A stretch of 64,000 nt of DNA from an uncultured Gammaproteobacteria bacterium (GCA_964349465.1 CAYGGC010000002.1:28841-92840); one strand, 5' to 3'. Shown: positions 45,786 through 55,171, counted from the stretch's first letter. Made by a program: numbers and translations. The notes: generated from the letters alone by a model not told the origin.

Positions 45786-45862
45786 GCTTTAAGCTCGTTG
45801 GCTTTCAAAAAACCTAGATTGATCTAAGAACGCGAAGAGTATACGAAAAAAAACTGCCGTGG

Positions 45863-47503
45863 TCAACTGAAACTCGCTACGACTTGATCCCAGAGTTCAT
45901 TTTTCGGCGCATCGTTCTTTAGTCCACTGGGCGCTGTCCCACCAGCCACTGGCTCGACCGGTGTCGGTTTCACTGGGGCAAGCTCTGGAACTTCTTCCGA
46001 TTGAATGACGACCAGTGTAATAGGCTGGCCAATCGCCTCGCTCAGCAATTCAGATAAGTGTGCTCGCTGGGTCGGCGTGTTCAACCGCTCGACATGGAGT
46101 TTAAATGGGGCAGCAATGGTAATTTGCTGCTGGTCAATTTCGTGAATATGCGCGAGTTTAATTGACAACGCTAAGCTCGGATGGTCAGCCGCCGCCTGTT
46201 GCTGTACCTTCGACCACGCTGCCTGAACCGCGGCGAGGTCAATATCACCTTTCGCTACTGCTTTTTTCGGGGTAGGCTTTTTTGGCGCAACGGGCGCAGC
46301 CTCCACGACAGGTTGATTCGTTGACGTGGCGATCGGGACCGAGGGCTCCGGGACGGTTGGGGTGGCTGAAGGCCGATCGGATTGGCGCTCGAGGCGTTCA
46401 GGACCAGTCGACCCGCCCAATGCGATAATAGCAATCTCGAGCGGAAACTCTGGGAGTAAACCGTGCTGAGTCAATCGTTCCGCTTCTAGAAATTTTTCGG
46501 CCATGAGCACGAAGAATTCAGTTGGCCGTAGCGCCGCGAGAGCGCCGATCGCTGTCATTGTCGGGGCGTCTTCAGTCTGCATCGCCTCTTCCATTAGCCG
46601 GTGGTCGATACTGGCCAACATCACCGCCCGACTCATGGTCACTAACTCGTGAATAAAAATGGGGACATCGCCGCCATCATCACTAAAGGTATGGAGGTGC
46701 GTAATTGCTTCGGCCGACTGTCCACGGATAACCGCTTCGGTCAACGCTAAGAGCGTCGCCCGATCAGTGCGCGGTAAAACCACATCTGCAACCTCTAAGG
46801 TGATGGTCTTGTCCGGAAAGGAAAATAGCTGCGTCAACATGCTTTCAGCATCGCGCAAACTTCCGTCTGAAGCCCGGGCGATTCGATCGGCCACGCCGGA
46901 CGCCAACTGTCGCTTTTCGGCGACCGTCAATTTTTCTAATCGGGTCACGATATCGGCTAACGGAATCTTTTTAAAATCAAAACGCTGGGTTCGTGAAATA
47001 ACCGTTTCCGGCACGCGATGAAGCTCGGTAGTCGCTAAAATAAACAACGCGTGGGCCGGCGGTTCCTCTAAGAGTTTAAGAAGGGCGTTAAAGGCTGAGG
47101 TCGACAACATGTGGACCTCATCAATAATGAACACTTTGTATTTCCCTTGCGCCGGAATGGAGCGAGCACTTTGAATAATATTTTCACGAACGTTATCAAC
47201 GCCCGTTTGCGAGGCGGCGTCGATTTCCACCACATCTAACGAGGCGCTCGTGAGTTGGGCAGTGCACGACGCGCAGGCGTTACAAGGTTCGGCTGATTTC
47301 GGTGACCGGGCCAGACAATTAACCGCGCGAGCAAATACACGCGCCACGGTTGTTTTACCAACCCCGCGCGGACCGGTAAAGATATAGGCGTGTGCTACAC
47401 GGTCTTGGACGAGGGCGTGTTCGAGGGTGATCCGAACATGTCGCTGATCGACCAGATCGGCGAAGGTGGTTGGGCGGTAACGTCGGTAGAGGGTATCGGC
47501 CAT
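45863..47503 (-). CDS. dnaX: DNA polymerase III subunit gamma/tau
   Basis: YRRYRPTTFADLVDQ...FTGPRGVGKTT, then the zinc module C..C..C, then a sensor/arginine region. 546 aa. Confidence 0.85.
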   Translation of the reverse strand: MADTLYRRYRPTTFADLVDQRHVRITLEHALVQDRVAHAYIFTGPRGVGKTTVARVFARAVNCLARSPKSAEPCNACASCTAQLTSASLDVVEIDAASQTGVDNVRENIIQSARSIPAQGKYKVFIIDEVHMLSTSAFNALLKLLEEPPAHALFILATTELHRVPETVISRTQRFDFKKIPLADIVTRLEKLTVAEKRQLASGVADRIARASDGSLRDAESMLTQLFSFPDKTITLEVADVVLPRTDRATLLALTEAVIRGQSAEAITHLHTFSDDGGDVPIFIHELVTMSRAVMLASIDHRLMEEAMQTEDAPTMTAIGALAALRPTEFFVLMAEKFLEAERLTQHGLLPEFPLEIAIIALGGSTGPERLERQSDRPSATPTVPEPSVPIATSTNQPVVEAAPVAPKKPTPKKAVAKGDIDLAAVQAAWSKVQQQAAADHPSLALSIKLAHIHEIDQQQITIAAPFKLHVERLNTPTQRAHLSELLSEAIGQPITLVVIQSEEVPELAPVKPTPVEPVAGGTAPSGLKNDAPKNELWDQVVASFS

Positions 47504-47600
47504 AAGAGGGACAATAAACCGCCAGATGTTCGAGGCCCTGGGCGGGTTACGGAACGTCGATAGTCTACCCTATCCGGGACCACCTCGGCAAGACGCTCGT

Positions 47601-48215
47601 TTAGACGAGGCTCGTATCAGCGTCAGTGACGCCGTGTTTAATGATGTTCTCAACCGCGGCCCAGCGCGCTTCGCCATCGGGCGGGACAAGAATCACCACT
47701 TCGTCACCAATCTCACCTTTAAAATACGTGATTGAAGCGAGTAATACTTTATACCCGCGGCCATCAACGATGACTTTAAATTCGCCGGTATTTTCGTCGC
47801 GGACTAATTCGCCAATCAAACGCTGACGCTGAATCGGACCAATCTGTTTATAGATGAAGGATCCATCACGCGTAATCGTTAACTTTAACACATCACCTTC
47901 AACGAGTTTAGATTTCGACGCATAGTTGGCCGGAACCGAATATTGCTTCCCATCGGGGCCAACCATATTCTGCCCATCGAACGCCCCTTCGATCACGCGC
48001 ATCCCATCTTCATCACCGGCCGCTGTTGCGCTCGGCGCCGACCGCGGACGACTCCGAACGGTCGCCAGAAGCTCCGGCTGATCACTGACCATATGACGAA
48101 TCCGCGCTAACTTTGCGTTGACGTCGTCAAGTAATTCTAAAAACTCACTGGCCGCATCAGGGGCGGTGTCAGTGACAAGTTCTTGATCGCTGGTAAGAAG
48201 TGTTTGGTCGTCCAT
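47601..48215 (-). CDS. Hypothetical protein
   Basis: Start MDDQTLL. A candidate minus-strand promoter (TTGACG, 17 nt, TAGACT) lies about 40 nt upstream. The N-terminus is acidic. No recognised domain. Confidence 0.4.
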   Translation of the reverse strand: MDDQTLLTSDQELVTDTAPDAASEFLELLDDVNAKLARIRHMVSDQPELLATVRSRPRSAPSATAAGDEDGMRVIEGAFDGQNMVGPDGKQYSVPANYASKSKLVEGDVLKLTITRDGSFIYKQIGPIQRQRLIGELVRDENTGEFKVIVDGRGYKVLLASITYFKGEIGDEVVILVPPDGEARWAAVENIIKHGVTDADTSLV

Positions 48216-48374
48216 ATGTTTGGATTTCGGTTCGATGTATTTTTTTCGCTCATCTAGCGATGCAGGCAGTCTAGCAAAAAGCCGATTTGGCGTCAATGCG
48301 TGCCGCCCATCGCACCGCGAGGGCTAAAATGGCCTGAACACTAAAAGTGTTCACACTGCATTCACGGTGAGGCC

Positions 48375-48899
48375 TCAGACGCGATAGACCCAAACAGTCA
48401 TACGTTTTGGATCTGGTTTATCTTTTCTGATCGGGGTCCAACCTGGGATAGAAAAGGCGTAGGACAGCACACGGGTGCCGGGGCGTAATTCTCGACGAAG
48501 CTTCGGAGCGAGTTTGGCCATCGCCCGTGGTGTTAAAAAACAAATAACCACATCGGCCTGCGAGAGGTCCTGATGAAAAAAGTCTCGATAGAGAATTTTT
48601 GCCCGCCCCTGTGTCCGCGTGAGACGGATCCGCATCCAAGCCGCGAGCCAAGCTAAGGCGGTAATTTCATACCCAACTGCGCGGGCGTCAAATCGGCGAA
48701 CAGCTTCAACGAGATAGCATCCGTCCCCTGCCCCAAGATCTAGCACCAGCTCATTCGGTTGAATCTCGGCTAACTCCAATACTCGCCGGACGTCACGTCG
48801 CCAGGTTGGAACATACGGAGCAGCCGAAATCGAGGCCCAGGCCGCTGTCCCAGCCGCCACAAGTACGACACCGAGAAGTGCAATCCAGAAAACGTCCAT
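48375..48899 (-). CDS. Class I SAM-dependent methyltransferase with an N-terminal TM anchor
   Basis: Motif I is LVLDLGAGDGCYLVEA, preceded by an N-terminal hydrophobic helix. 174 aa. Confidence 0.55.
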   Translation of the reverse strand: MDVFWIALLGVVLVAAGTAAWASISAAPYVPTWRRDVRRVLELAEIQPNELVLDLGAGDGCYLVEAVRRFDARAVGYEITALAWLAAWMRIRLTRTQGRAKILYRDFFHQDLSQADVVICFLTPRAMAKLAPKLRRELRPGTRVLSYAFSIPGWTPIRKDKPDPKRMTVWVYRV

Positions 48900-48904
48900 A
48901 CTGT

Positions 48905-51424
48905 TTATCGTGACGCTTCCGCTGTTGGCACTGACGCAACGGTCGCCGGTGAACCAAGTTGTGTTCGTTCAAGAATCTCGGCTTCAACAATGCGCCGTTC
49001 TTTGCCGTAGCGTAATCGTGAATATTGCTTGATCGCCTCGGCCATTGTTGAGCTCCCTTTGAGTGGTGGGTAGGTTTGCATATGGAACGGGGTCGCCGCC
49101 GTATTATTAATCAACAAGCGCACATAGGCAGTGTATTGTTCTTGATTGACGAGATCAAAAGCCGAGAAGGTTGGGGCAAACTGACGTTCCAGAATTTCCG
49201 CGTCTTCGACACCAATCCGGAACGCCGCGACGGTTCCGACGTTGCCGAGCACCGCATCGCGTACTTTTGTATCACCACCGGACGACAGTTGACCCATATA
49301 TTGATGGGCCATGGTTAAGTTTAATTTGTATTTACGCGCTTCGGAGAGAATGACCGCGATTGAGTCGGTAATGAAATTTTGGAATTCATCAATATACAGG
49401 AAGAAGTCACTCCGCTCGGCTTCCGGGATGTCCGCGCGTGATAACGCCGCCATCTGGAGTTTCGACACGATAATCAAGCCCAACAGTGCGGAGTTCACTT
49501 CACCAATTTTTCCTTTCGAAAGATTCACGAGGAGGATTTTTTTCTTATCCATGATGTCTCGCAGGTTGAATCCGGATTTCGGCTGGCCAATAATATTGCG
49601 CATCTGAGCATTCTCGACAAATCGTCCGACTTTCGAGATCAGGTAGCCCAGCATTTCCGATTTATGGAAGTCGCTGGTCTTCGCCATTTCTTTCTCCCAG
49701 AAGGCGCGGACCACTGGGTCGGTGACCTTGCTAACCTTATACTGCTGAAAGGCCTTGTCGGTAAACATCCGCGGAATATCAGCGATCGTCCCGGGGAATT
49801 CTTCATCGGCCATCAACGTCAGCATCGCATTACGCATGTTATGCTCGAACATCGGACCAATCATCTCCGGCGGGAACAGCTTCATAAAAATCGCGATCAT
49901 TTCCTGCACCGCCATATCGCGCTCATCCGGTGTTCGCGCCTCCAACATATTCAGTCCGAGTGGCCGCTCAAAATCTGATGGATCAAAAATTACCACGTCG
50001 TGCATTCGTTCTTGCGGCACTCCAGCCAAAACATCTTCCACTAGACCGCCGTGCGGATCAACGACGCACACGCCGTGGCCGGCCTGGATGTCTTGAATCG
50101 CCATGTTGCTCATCAACACCGATTTACCAGATCCGGTCGTCCCGACGATGTAGACATGGCGACGGCGATCAACGGTTTTGAGTCGCACTACGGTATCACT
50201 CCCACGATACTGGTTATGCCCGAGGATGACGCCTTCCGTCGGCATCTGCACCGGCGCCGAACTTTTTTTCGCGCTCAGCCATTGAATATTTGGCGTTTCA
50301 GTTTGGGCCAAGGGAAAATGATAAACCGAATTAATTTCCTCGCTATTGAGGATCATCGCGTGGGCGTTGTCGAAATGACGATAGATAAAATCATAGACAA
50401 GTTCACCACCACGAGCGACGTGGCCGCGCTTAAACTGGTTACCGGATTCGGGCGCTTGGAACTGACTGAAGGCGTTGACGATATTTTCTAAGTGGACACT
50501 AGCGTTCGCCTCGAGGGGTGATGAGGTGACGATCCGGATGTTTGTGTCGAAGCCCGGCTTGCCGGACTTTTCTTCGAGACCACGAATGAGCTCCTGCTCC
50601 ATCGGCGTGATGTTTGGCAAACCACGATATTGCCGCTCTTTCGCTTGCCCGGTTTTGAAAACACTCCCAATCGATAAACCAGTTCCCGAAATCGCCTGAT
50701 TAATTTTATCGCCCTCTTGCATTTTGTGGGCAATCTCGCGCCCACGTCGTTGCCACCCGTTCGCCTTCGGGCGGATCAGCACCTGGATCGCCGCGCCTTC
50801 GCCCGGCTGGACTTTACTGAGGACGTTCGTTAACGCGTTGAGCGGATCAGTGTCAAGCCGTTTATAGGAGCGAATCGGGAAAAAGAATTGTTTCGTCAAT
50901 TTCAACATCGTGCCGCGAATGTGCGATTGCGGCGTGAATAAATTGTAATCCTCAACCTCTTCGATTTGGGCTTGCGGATATTGCGCTTGAATTTGTAATT
51001 CAACAAGTTGCTGATTCGATCGCGGTACGGCAATGTAAAAATGGATCTGGCCGCTATGGGCGACGATCTCAAAAGCCAGGTGGTCATGATGTCCAAACCA
51101 AAACTTCTGCCAAGCCGCGCGGGCTCCGCCGGCGGAAAACTTGATTCCACCTAACGTCACAAACAACGTTTCAAACGCCGCCAAGGTTTCACGCCAATCT
51201 CGCTGACCCTGTGCAGCTGCCATCGATTCTTTCGGGAGCAACACCTGCAGGACCGTGTACATCAACGCGCGCGGAACTTTATTCTTCCGGTGAAACTGTC
51301 GGCGGAGGGCCCAAACGACGAGAGTCACTAGTCCGGCAAGAATAATCCCGATCAGCGCCCACCCAAGCGGACCATTCGTGAACAGGGCGGAATCATCCGC
51401 AGAAAAAATTGAGACTTGGAGCAT
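48905..51424 (-). CDS. Membrane-anchored P-loop ATPase of the VirD4/TraD/TraG (type IV coupling protein) family, with a roughly 400-aa N-terminal extension
   Basis: Walker A is GTTGSGKS, followed by VVDPHGG, which resembles the T4CP DPKG motif. Walker B is FLYIDEFQNF. The C-terminus has EARKYKLNLTMAHQYMGQL, typical of the TraG-D_C region. An N-terminal TM helix is present. Confidence 0.6.
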   Translation of the reverse strand: MLQVSIFSADDSALFTNGPLGWALIGIILAGLVTLVVWALRRQFHRKNKVPRALMYTVLQVLLPKESMAAAQGQRDWRETLAAFETLFVTLGGIKFSAGGARAAWQKFWFGHHDHLAFEIVAHSGQIHFYIAVPRSNQQLVELQIQAQYPQAQIEEVEDYNLFTPQSHIRGTMLKLTKQFFFPIRSYKRLDTDPLNALTNVLSKVQPGEGAAIQVLIRPKANGWQRRGREIAHKMQEGDKINQAISGTGLSIGSVFKTGQAKERQYRGLPNITPMEQELIRGLEEKSGKPGFDTNIRIVTSSPLEANASVHLENIVNAFSQFQAPESGNQFKRGHVARGGELVYDFIYRHFDNAHAMILNSEEINSVYHFPLAQTETPNIQWLSAKKSSAPVQMPTEGVILGHNQYRGSDTVVRLKTVDRRRHVYIVGTTGSGKSVLMSNMAIQDIQAGHGVCVVDPHGGLVEDVLAGVPQERMHDVVIFDPSDFERPLGLNMLEARTPDERDMAVQEMIAIFMKLFPPEMIGPMFEHNMRNAMLTLMADEEFPGTIADIPRMFTDKAFQQYKVSKVTDPVVRAFWEKEMAKTSDFHKSEMLGYLISKVGRFVENAQMRNIIGQPKSGFNLRDIMDKKKILLVNLSKGKIGEVNSALLGLIIVSKLQMAALSRADIPEAERSDFFLYIDEFQNFITDSIAVILSEARKYKLNLTMAHQYMGQLSSGGDTKVRDAVLGNVGTVAAFRIGVEDAEILERQFAPTFSAFDLVNQEQYTAYVRLLINNTAATPFHMQTYPPLKGSSTMAEAIKQYSRLRYGKERRIVEAEILERTQLGSPATVASVPTAEASR

Positions 51425-51429
51425 GGAGA

Positions 51430-51897
51430 CTATTGGCGCGTTTTGAGCGCGATGATTTTATCGGTTTTAATTTTGGCTTCCTGTTCGAAAAAAAACACGT
51501 TCATTCCAGGAATAATTCGTAACCACGCGACCAGGAGTTCAACGATTTTCTTGGCCTGACTTTTTCCGGACTGCAGGAGTTGAGAAATTTTTCCAGCCGT
51601 TATTTCACCACTGGTTTTAAACTTGGCTTGGGTTGCTGGATCCATCTGCGCATAGGCGTCAGCGAGCCCGTCAGACATCACATCCTCGACTTGGCGCTGA
51701 AGCGGTGTTCCGGTTGGTTGCAGTGGCACGGGGCCGTCAATCGGTGCTGGCAACGGTTGAATAACCGGCATCACCGTTTCCGGTCGTTCACCGCGATGAT
51801 CAATGGTCGTCTGTGGAGCGTGTTCCGGGGAAAGCGTTTCCGCTGTTTCGGGCAAGCTCCGCGATAAGTCAGGATTGAGTATCGGGAGTTCAGGCAT
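51430..51897 (-). CDS. Hypothetical protein, 155 aa. Probably a leaderless mRNA.
   Basis: The ATG at 51897 is 6 nt downstream of an extended -10 element (TGGTATAAT). The track ORF's N-terminal 24 aa fall inside the promoter. Confidence 0.4.
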   Translation of the reverse strand: MPELPILNPDLSRSLPETAETLSPEHAPQTTIDHRGERPETVMPVIQPLPAPIDGPVPLQPTGTPLQRQVEDVMSDGLADAYAQMDPATQAKFKTSGEITAGKISQLLQSGKSQAKKIVELLVAWLRIIPGMNVFFFEQEAKIKTDKIIALKTRQ

Positions 51898-51903
51898 AAA
51901 AAA

Positions 51904-51931
51904 ATTATACCATTTTACTCTGAACACGTCA
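51904..51931 (-). promoter_or_regulatory. Promoter with an extended -10 element for the 51430..51897 gene
   Basis: On the minus strand, TGACGT, a 16-nt spacer ending in TGG, then TATAAT. This is followed by TTTTTT and then the ATG. Confidence 0.5.
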
Positions 51932-51940
51932 CGGCGGCTC

Positions 51941-51969
51941 TTGACAAAATGGGAATTGTATGGTAGCAT
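51941..51969 (+). promoter_or_regulatory. Divergent promoter for the GC-rich lipoprotein pair
   Basis: TTGACA, a 17-nt spacer, then tgg-TAGCAT. It lies about 80 nt before the ATG at 52050, which has AGGAGG 7 nt upstream. Confidence 0.5.
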
Positions 51970-52049
51970 CTTCGGTCAACGATTCACCTGAATCCACGAC
52001 ATCAACCGTAGTCACGCTTCACCGTGACACCTACCATAGGAGGTAGCTG

Positions 52050-52493
52050 ATGAACCGGATTGTTCGTTTCACTTTCATGATGCTGATGTGCTTCGTCACC
52101 TCCGCGATCGTTGCTGGCTGCAAATGGCCAACCGGTCCGGAAATCGCCGATGCGATCAGTCCGCCCCCGGCTGAACGCTGGTACGACGGCGCCGTCTTCT
52201 ACGGCGGCTCGATCTCGTTCGAAGTCCGGATCCATCCGGACTACACCGACCCCAAACATCGGGACTACGCCAACTGGGTGTTGCTCGACGCGACGCCCAG
52301 CGGCCAGTTCAGTTCGGCCGCGTACTACCTGCACGCTCGGGCCTACAAGCTCGAGTTCCGTAACGCGAACACGAAGGCACTTGTTCGGACCGTGATCGTC
52401 ACGCCGAACAACGAAGAGAACGAGCGGGTGTACGAATACCTGTCTCAGCTCGACTGGCTGTACGACTACAACGCCAAACGCGTCGCGCCCTAA
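52050..52493 (+). CDS. Lipoprotein, 147 aa
   Basis: MNRIVRFTFMMLMCFVTSAIVAGC with an IVAGC lipobox. Strong SD. About 62% GC. Confidence 0.6.
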   Translation: MNRIVRFTFMMLMCFVTSAIVAGCKWPTGPEIADAISPPPAERWYDGAVFYGGSISFEVRIHPDYTDPKHRDYANWVLLDATPSGQFSSAAYYLHARAYKLEFRNANTKALVRTVIVTPNNEENERVYEYLSQLDWLYDYNAKRVAP

Positions 52494-52512
52494 GCGCGGA
52501 AAGGAGTGGTCC

Positions 52513-53016
52513 ATGCGTACCATGCTGAAGCTCTCGTTCGCGCTCATCGCGACCATCCTCATCACTGGTTGTGCCCCGGGACAGTTTCTCCGGATGCCGC
52601 CGCCGAACGTGACCGTCGATGCTAACGGGAATGTCCAGACGTACATCCCGAACGCGACGCACGCGATGGCCCGAGCGGTTCGTGGGATGAATGGTCCGAT
52701 TCTGTACGAACGGACCCGCGACGGTGGCAACGAGCTGTCGGACGGCTGGATCGAATTCCAGTCCGACCAGTCAACGGCCACGTTTGTGCTCGACCCGCAA
52801 GGCGACGTCGCCTCCGCGTACGTCAAGTACAAGAGCGGCGTCGTCGTCCGTCGCCTGCGTGCCCCGAACTGGACGTTCAAACTTCCGAACGCCTACAACT
52901 CGGGCACACGCGACTACGAACTGTACGTCCGTCGCGAGGACGAGTCGGAAGAGCTGCTCATGACCATCACGGTCGTCAGCAGCCCGCCGGCCTCGCTACG
53001 CAGTCGTCGACGCTAG
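52513..53016 (+). CDS. Lipoprotein, 167 aa
   Basis: MRTMLKLSFALIATILITGC with an ITGC lipobox. SD is AAAGGAG. About 62% GC. Confidence 0.6.
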   Translation: MRTMLKLSFALIATILITGCAPGQFLRMPPPNVTVDANGNVQTYIPNATHAMARAVRGMNGPILYERTRDGGNELSDGWIEFQSDQSTATFVLDPQGDVASAYVKYKSGVVVRRLRAPNWTFKLPNAYNSGTRDYELYVRREDESEELLMTITVVSSPPASLRSRRR

Positions 53017-53040
53017 CCCAAGACGCATCATGTTTCACCG

Positions 53041-53074
53041 GCGAGGTTCCCCCAAACCTCGCCGTTTCTTTTTA
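53041..53074 (+). terminator. Intrinsic terminator after the lipoprotein pair
   Basis: GCGAGGTT-cccccaa-ACCTCGC is followed by CGTTTCTTTTTA. Confidence 0.6.
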
Positions 53075-53085
53075 TCCAAGAAATG

Positions 53086-53114
53086 TTGACAAGAGACAAA
53101 AAATGTGCTAAAAT
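53086..53114 (+). promoter_or_regulatory. Near-consensus promoter
   Basis: TTGACA, a 17-nt spacer, then TAAAAT. The A-rich, SD-less leader (about 40 nt) runs to the ATG at 53157. Confidence 0.55.
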
Positions 53115-53156
53115 ACGCATAGACAAATACAAAACCAAAGAAAAAACACATAACAA

Positions 53157-53843
53157 ATGGCTTACACAGAACTCCACACGGCGGCTCTTCGGTTGGTGCA
53201 CGTCAATCGCCCATCCGACCGTGACATGGATTATCTCACCCGCGAATTTCATCTGACCCCGACGGATACCGAGGCAATTCTTGGCGTCGCCGAACAAAAT
53301 TCTATCTCGCAAACAGACGCCTATCGCCGCCTCACGATCCAATGGCCAATGCCCACGCGACGCGGCATCGTTCTGACGGACGTACATTGCCTGGTCGGAT
53401 CCGGCTGGGTCGCCGTGATTGACCACGGAAACTTCCCGGCCGCGCAGGAACTTATCCAAGAATTGCAAAACGTTCCGGCCGAACGACTTTGGCAAGACGG
53501 TCCGATGATGATGCTGTATGAACTCTGGCGTCGAGCGATTCGCGACTTACAAAACTTTGACCACGCCCTCGGATCCGCTCAACTGTTATCGTTTGTCCGA
53601 ACACGAACGGCCGTCGGCGAAACCCTAAAACATTTCGCTGAAAGCTCGCCTTCTACCTCTGATCACGACGATGTTGTACGTGGTTTTTCCTTTCTCGCGT
53701 TCACGTTGAGTCACGTTAATCCGGCTGGCGCACGCGCTCCGGTTATGGCCACCTCAAAATTACCAATCACGGTTCGCGGTTACGCGGCAGTTTCGACCGC
53801 CGTCGCTGTGCTCACGCTGATCGTTATCAGTCGAACACTGTAA
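53157..53843 (+). CDS. Hypothetical protein with a C-terminal TM helix, 228 aa
   Basis: ORF lying behind the consensus promoter. The C-terminus YAAVSTAVAVLTLIVISRTL is hydrophobic. No recognised domain. Confidence 0.5.
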   Translation: MAYTELHTAALRLVHVNRPSDRDMDYLTREFHLTPTDTEAILGVAEQNSISQTDAYRRLTIQWPMPTRRGIVLTDVHCLVGSGWVAVIDHGNFPAAQELIQELQNVPAERLWQDGPMMMLYELWRRAIRDLQNFDHALGSAQLLSFVRTRTAVGETLKHFAESSPSTSDHDDVVRGFSFLAFTLSHVNPAGARAPVMATSKLPITVRGYAAVSTAVAVLTLIVISRTL

Positions 53844-53850
53844 ATATTTT

Positions 53851-53991
53851 ATGAAGCGCCCGGTCGCTATCGCCACACAAACCACCACCAGTCGCGCCGT
53901 CCGGGTGTCGGTCGCCTTTGTGATTATTACCGCGGCGATCACCAGCCTGATTGGCGTCGTCGCTATCATCAGTCGCCTGCTCTCAAAATAA
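53851..53991 (+). CDS. Possible small membrane protein, 46 aa
   Basis: [49 protein letters not shown]. It fills the gap between two genes and its stop lies 4 nt before the next ATG. Confidence 0.3.
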   Translation: MKRPVAIATQTTTSRAVRVSVAFVIITAAITSLIGVVAIISRLLSK

Positions 53992-53995
53992 TTCT

Positions 53996-55009
53996 ATGTT
54001 CGAGCTCATCGACAATCTCGCGACTCCCGGCGGCCTCATCGCTCTGCTCGCCTTCGGAGGATTGTTTATGTATTTTGGCATCGTCCTCCTCAAGGAAAAT
54101 ACGAAAGAAAAAATCCGCGGTTCGATTTTGTCCCTCTACTCACAAGACCTGACCCAACTTGCCCGGATGGGTAAACTCGATCCGGTCATCGGACGTGATC
54201 ACGAAATTGAACGCGTCATTCAAATTCTCTCTCGCCGCACAAAAAATAATGCGGTCCTCGTCGGCGATTCCGGCGTCGGTAAAACGGCGATCGTCGAAGG
54301 TCTGGCTGGAAAGATTGCGGCCGGCACCGTCCCCGATCCGATCAAGCACAAGCGAATTCTGTCGCTCGACTTATCAGGTCTCGTCGCCGGCACAAAGTAT
54401 CGCGGCGAATTTGAAAAGCGGTTGAAAACAATTCTGGATGAAGTCATCGCCTCGCAACGTCAAATTATTTTATTTATCGATGAGCTTCACACCCTCGCCC
54501 AAGCCGGCGAAGCCACCGGCGCCATCGACGCTGCCGATATTCTGAAACCCGCCCTCGCCCGTGGCCAGCTCCAAGCCATCGGCGCGACGACCAAGAAAGA
54601 GTATGAAGGGTACATCCTAAAAGACATCACGCTCGAACGTCGATTCCAACCAGTCCTCGTGAACGAGCCAACACCGGCCGAAACCTTAACCATCATCGAG
54701 GGCTTACGCACCAACTACGAACGTCATCACAAAGTTCGTATCAGCGATGAAGCACTCGCCGCCTCGGTAACGCTCGCCGGCCAACTCCTCCCCGACCGCC
54801 ACTTCCCGGATAAAGCCATTGACGCCATGGATGAAGCGGCCGCAAAAGTTCGCCTCGGATCGATTCGCCATCATGACGATAAAACCGATTTCCCGATTGT
54901 CACCGCAGATGATGTAAAAGTTGTACTGGAAGAATGGGCGAAAGATCTCGAGTGCTTTCGACAAGATCATACAACCAAAGGTCGACCTTCCTTGCCAGCC
55001 GACGCGTGA
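53996..55009 (+). CDS. Membrane-anchored AAA+ protein consisting only of a ClpB/ClpC-type D1 module. Truncated relative to canonical Clp/Hsp100.
   Basis: A TM helix ([21 protein letters not shown]) replaces the Clp N-domain. The canonical D1 blocks are all present: [84 protein letters not shown] and [17 protein letters not shown]. The ORF stops where D2 would begin. No D2 follows. Confidence 0.65.
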   Translation: MFELIDNLATPGGLIALLAFGGLFMYFGIVLLKENTKEKIRGSILSLYSQDLTQLARMGKLDPVIGRDHEIERVIQILSRRTKNNAVLVGDSGVGKTAIVEGLAGKIAAGTVPDPIKHKRILSLDLSGLVAGTKYRGEFEKRLKTILDEVIASQRQIILFIDELHTLAQAGEATGAIDAADILKPALARGQLQAIGATTKKEYEGYILKDITLERRFQPVLVNEPTPAETLTIIEGLRTNYERHHKVRISDEALAASVTLAGQLLPDRHFPDKAIDAMDEAAAKVRLGSIRHHDDKTDFPIVTADDVKVVLEEWAKDLECFRQDHTTKGRPSLPADA

Positions 55010-55171
55010 GCGACTGGACGGAAGCTTATTCACCCACTCACCACACCCTCCTCCTTCGAGGTCGGTCCCTCGGCTTCGAGGTTCCAAACCATTCAGGCCT
55101 GAGAATCTCCAAGCTCTGAGACTACGTCGAGACGAGATCGGGTGCCGAAAAAAATACAAAACAAAAAATCT

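Noticed and set aside
39735-48899. Methyltransferases as part of a restriction-modification or defence system
   Set aside because: Both are small class I SAM methyltransferases without DNA-MTase motifs (no DPPY or PC box). There are no adjacent endonuclease or specificity genes.
52002-52880. 292-aa minus-strand ORF
   Set aside because: It is antisense to the two plus-strand lipoprotein genes, which have a promoter, SD sites, lipoboxes and a terminator. It is a high-GC artefact.
53028-53495. 155-aa minus-strand ORF
   Set aside because: It is antisense to the 53157..53843 gene, which sits behind a consensus promoter.
54704-55159. 151-aa minus-strand ORF, plus the 54487..54714 and 54140..54349 ORFs
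   Set aside because: They are antisense to the Clp D1-like gene, whose motifs are unambiguous.
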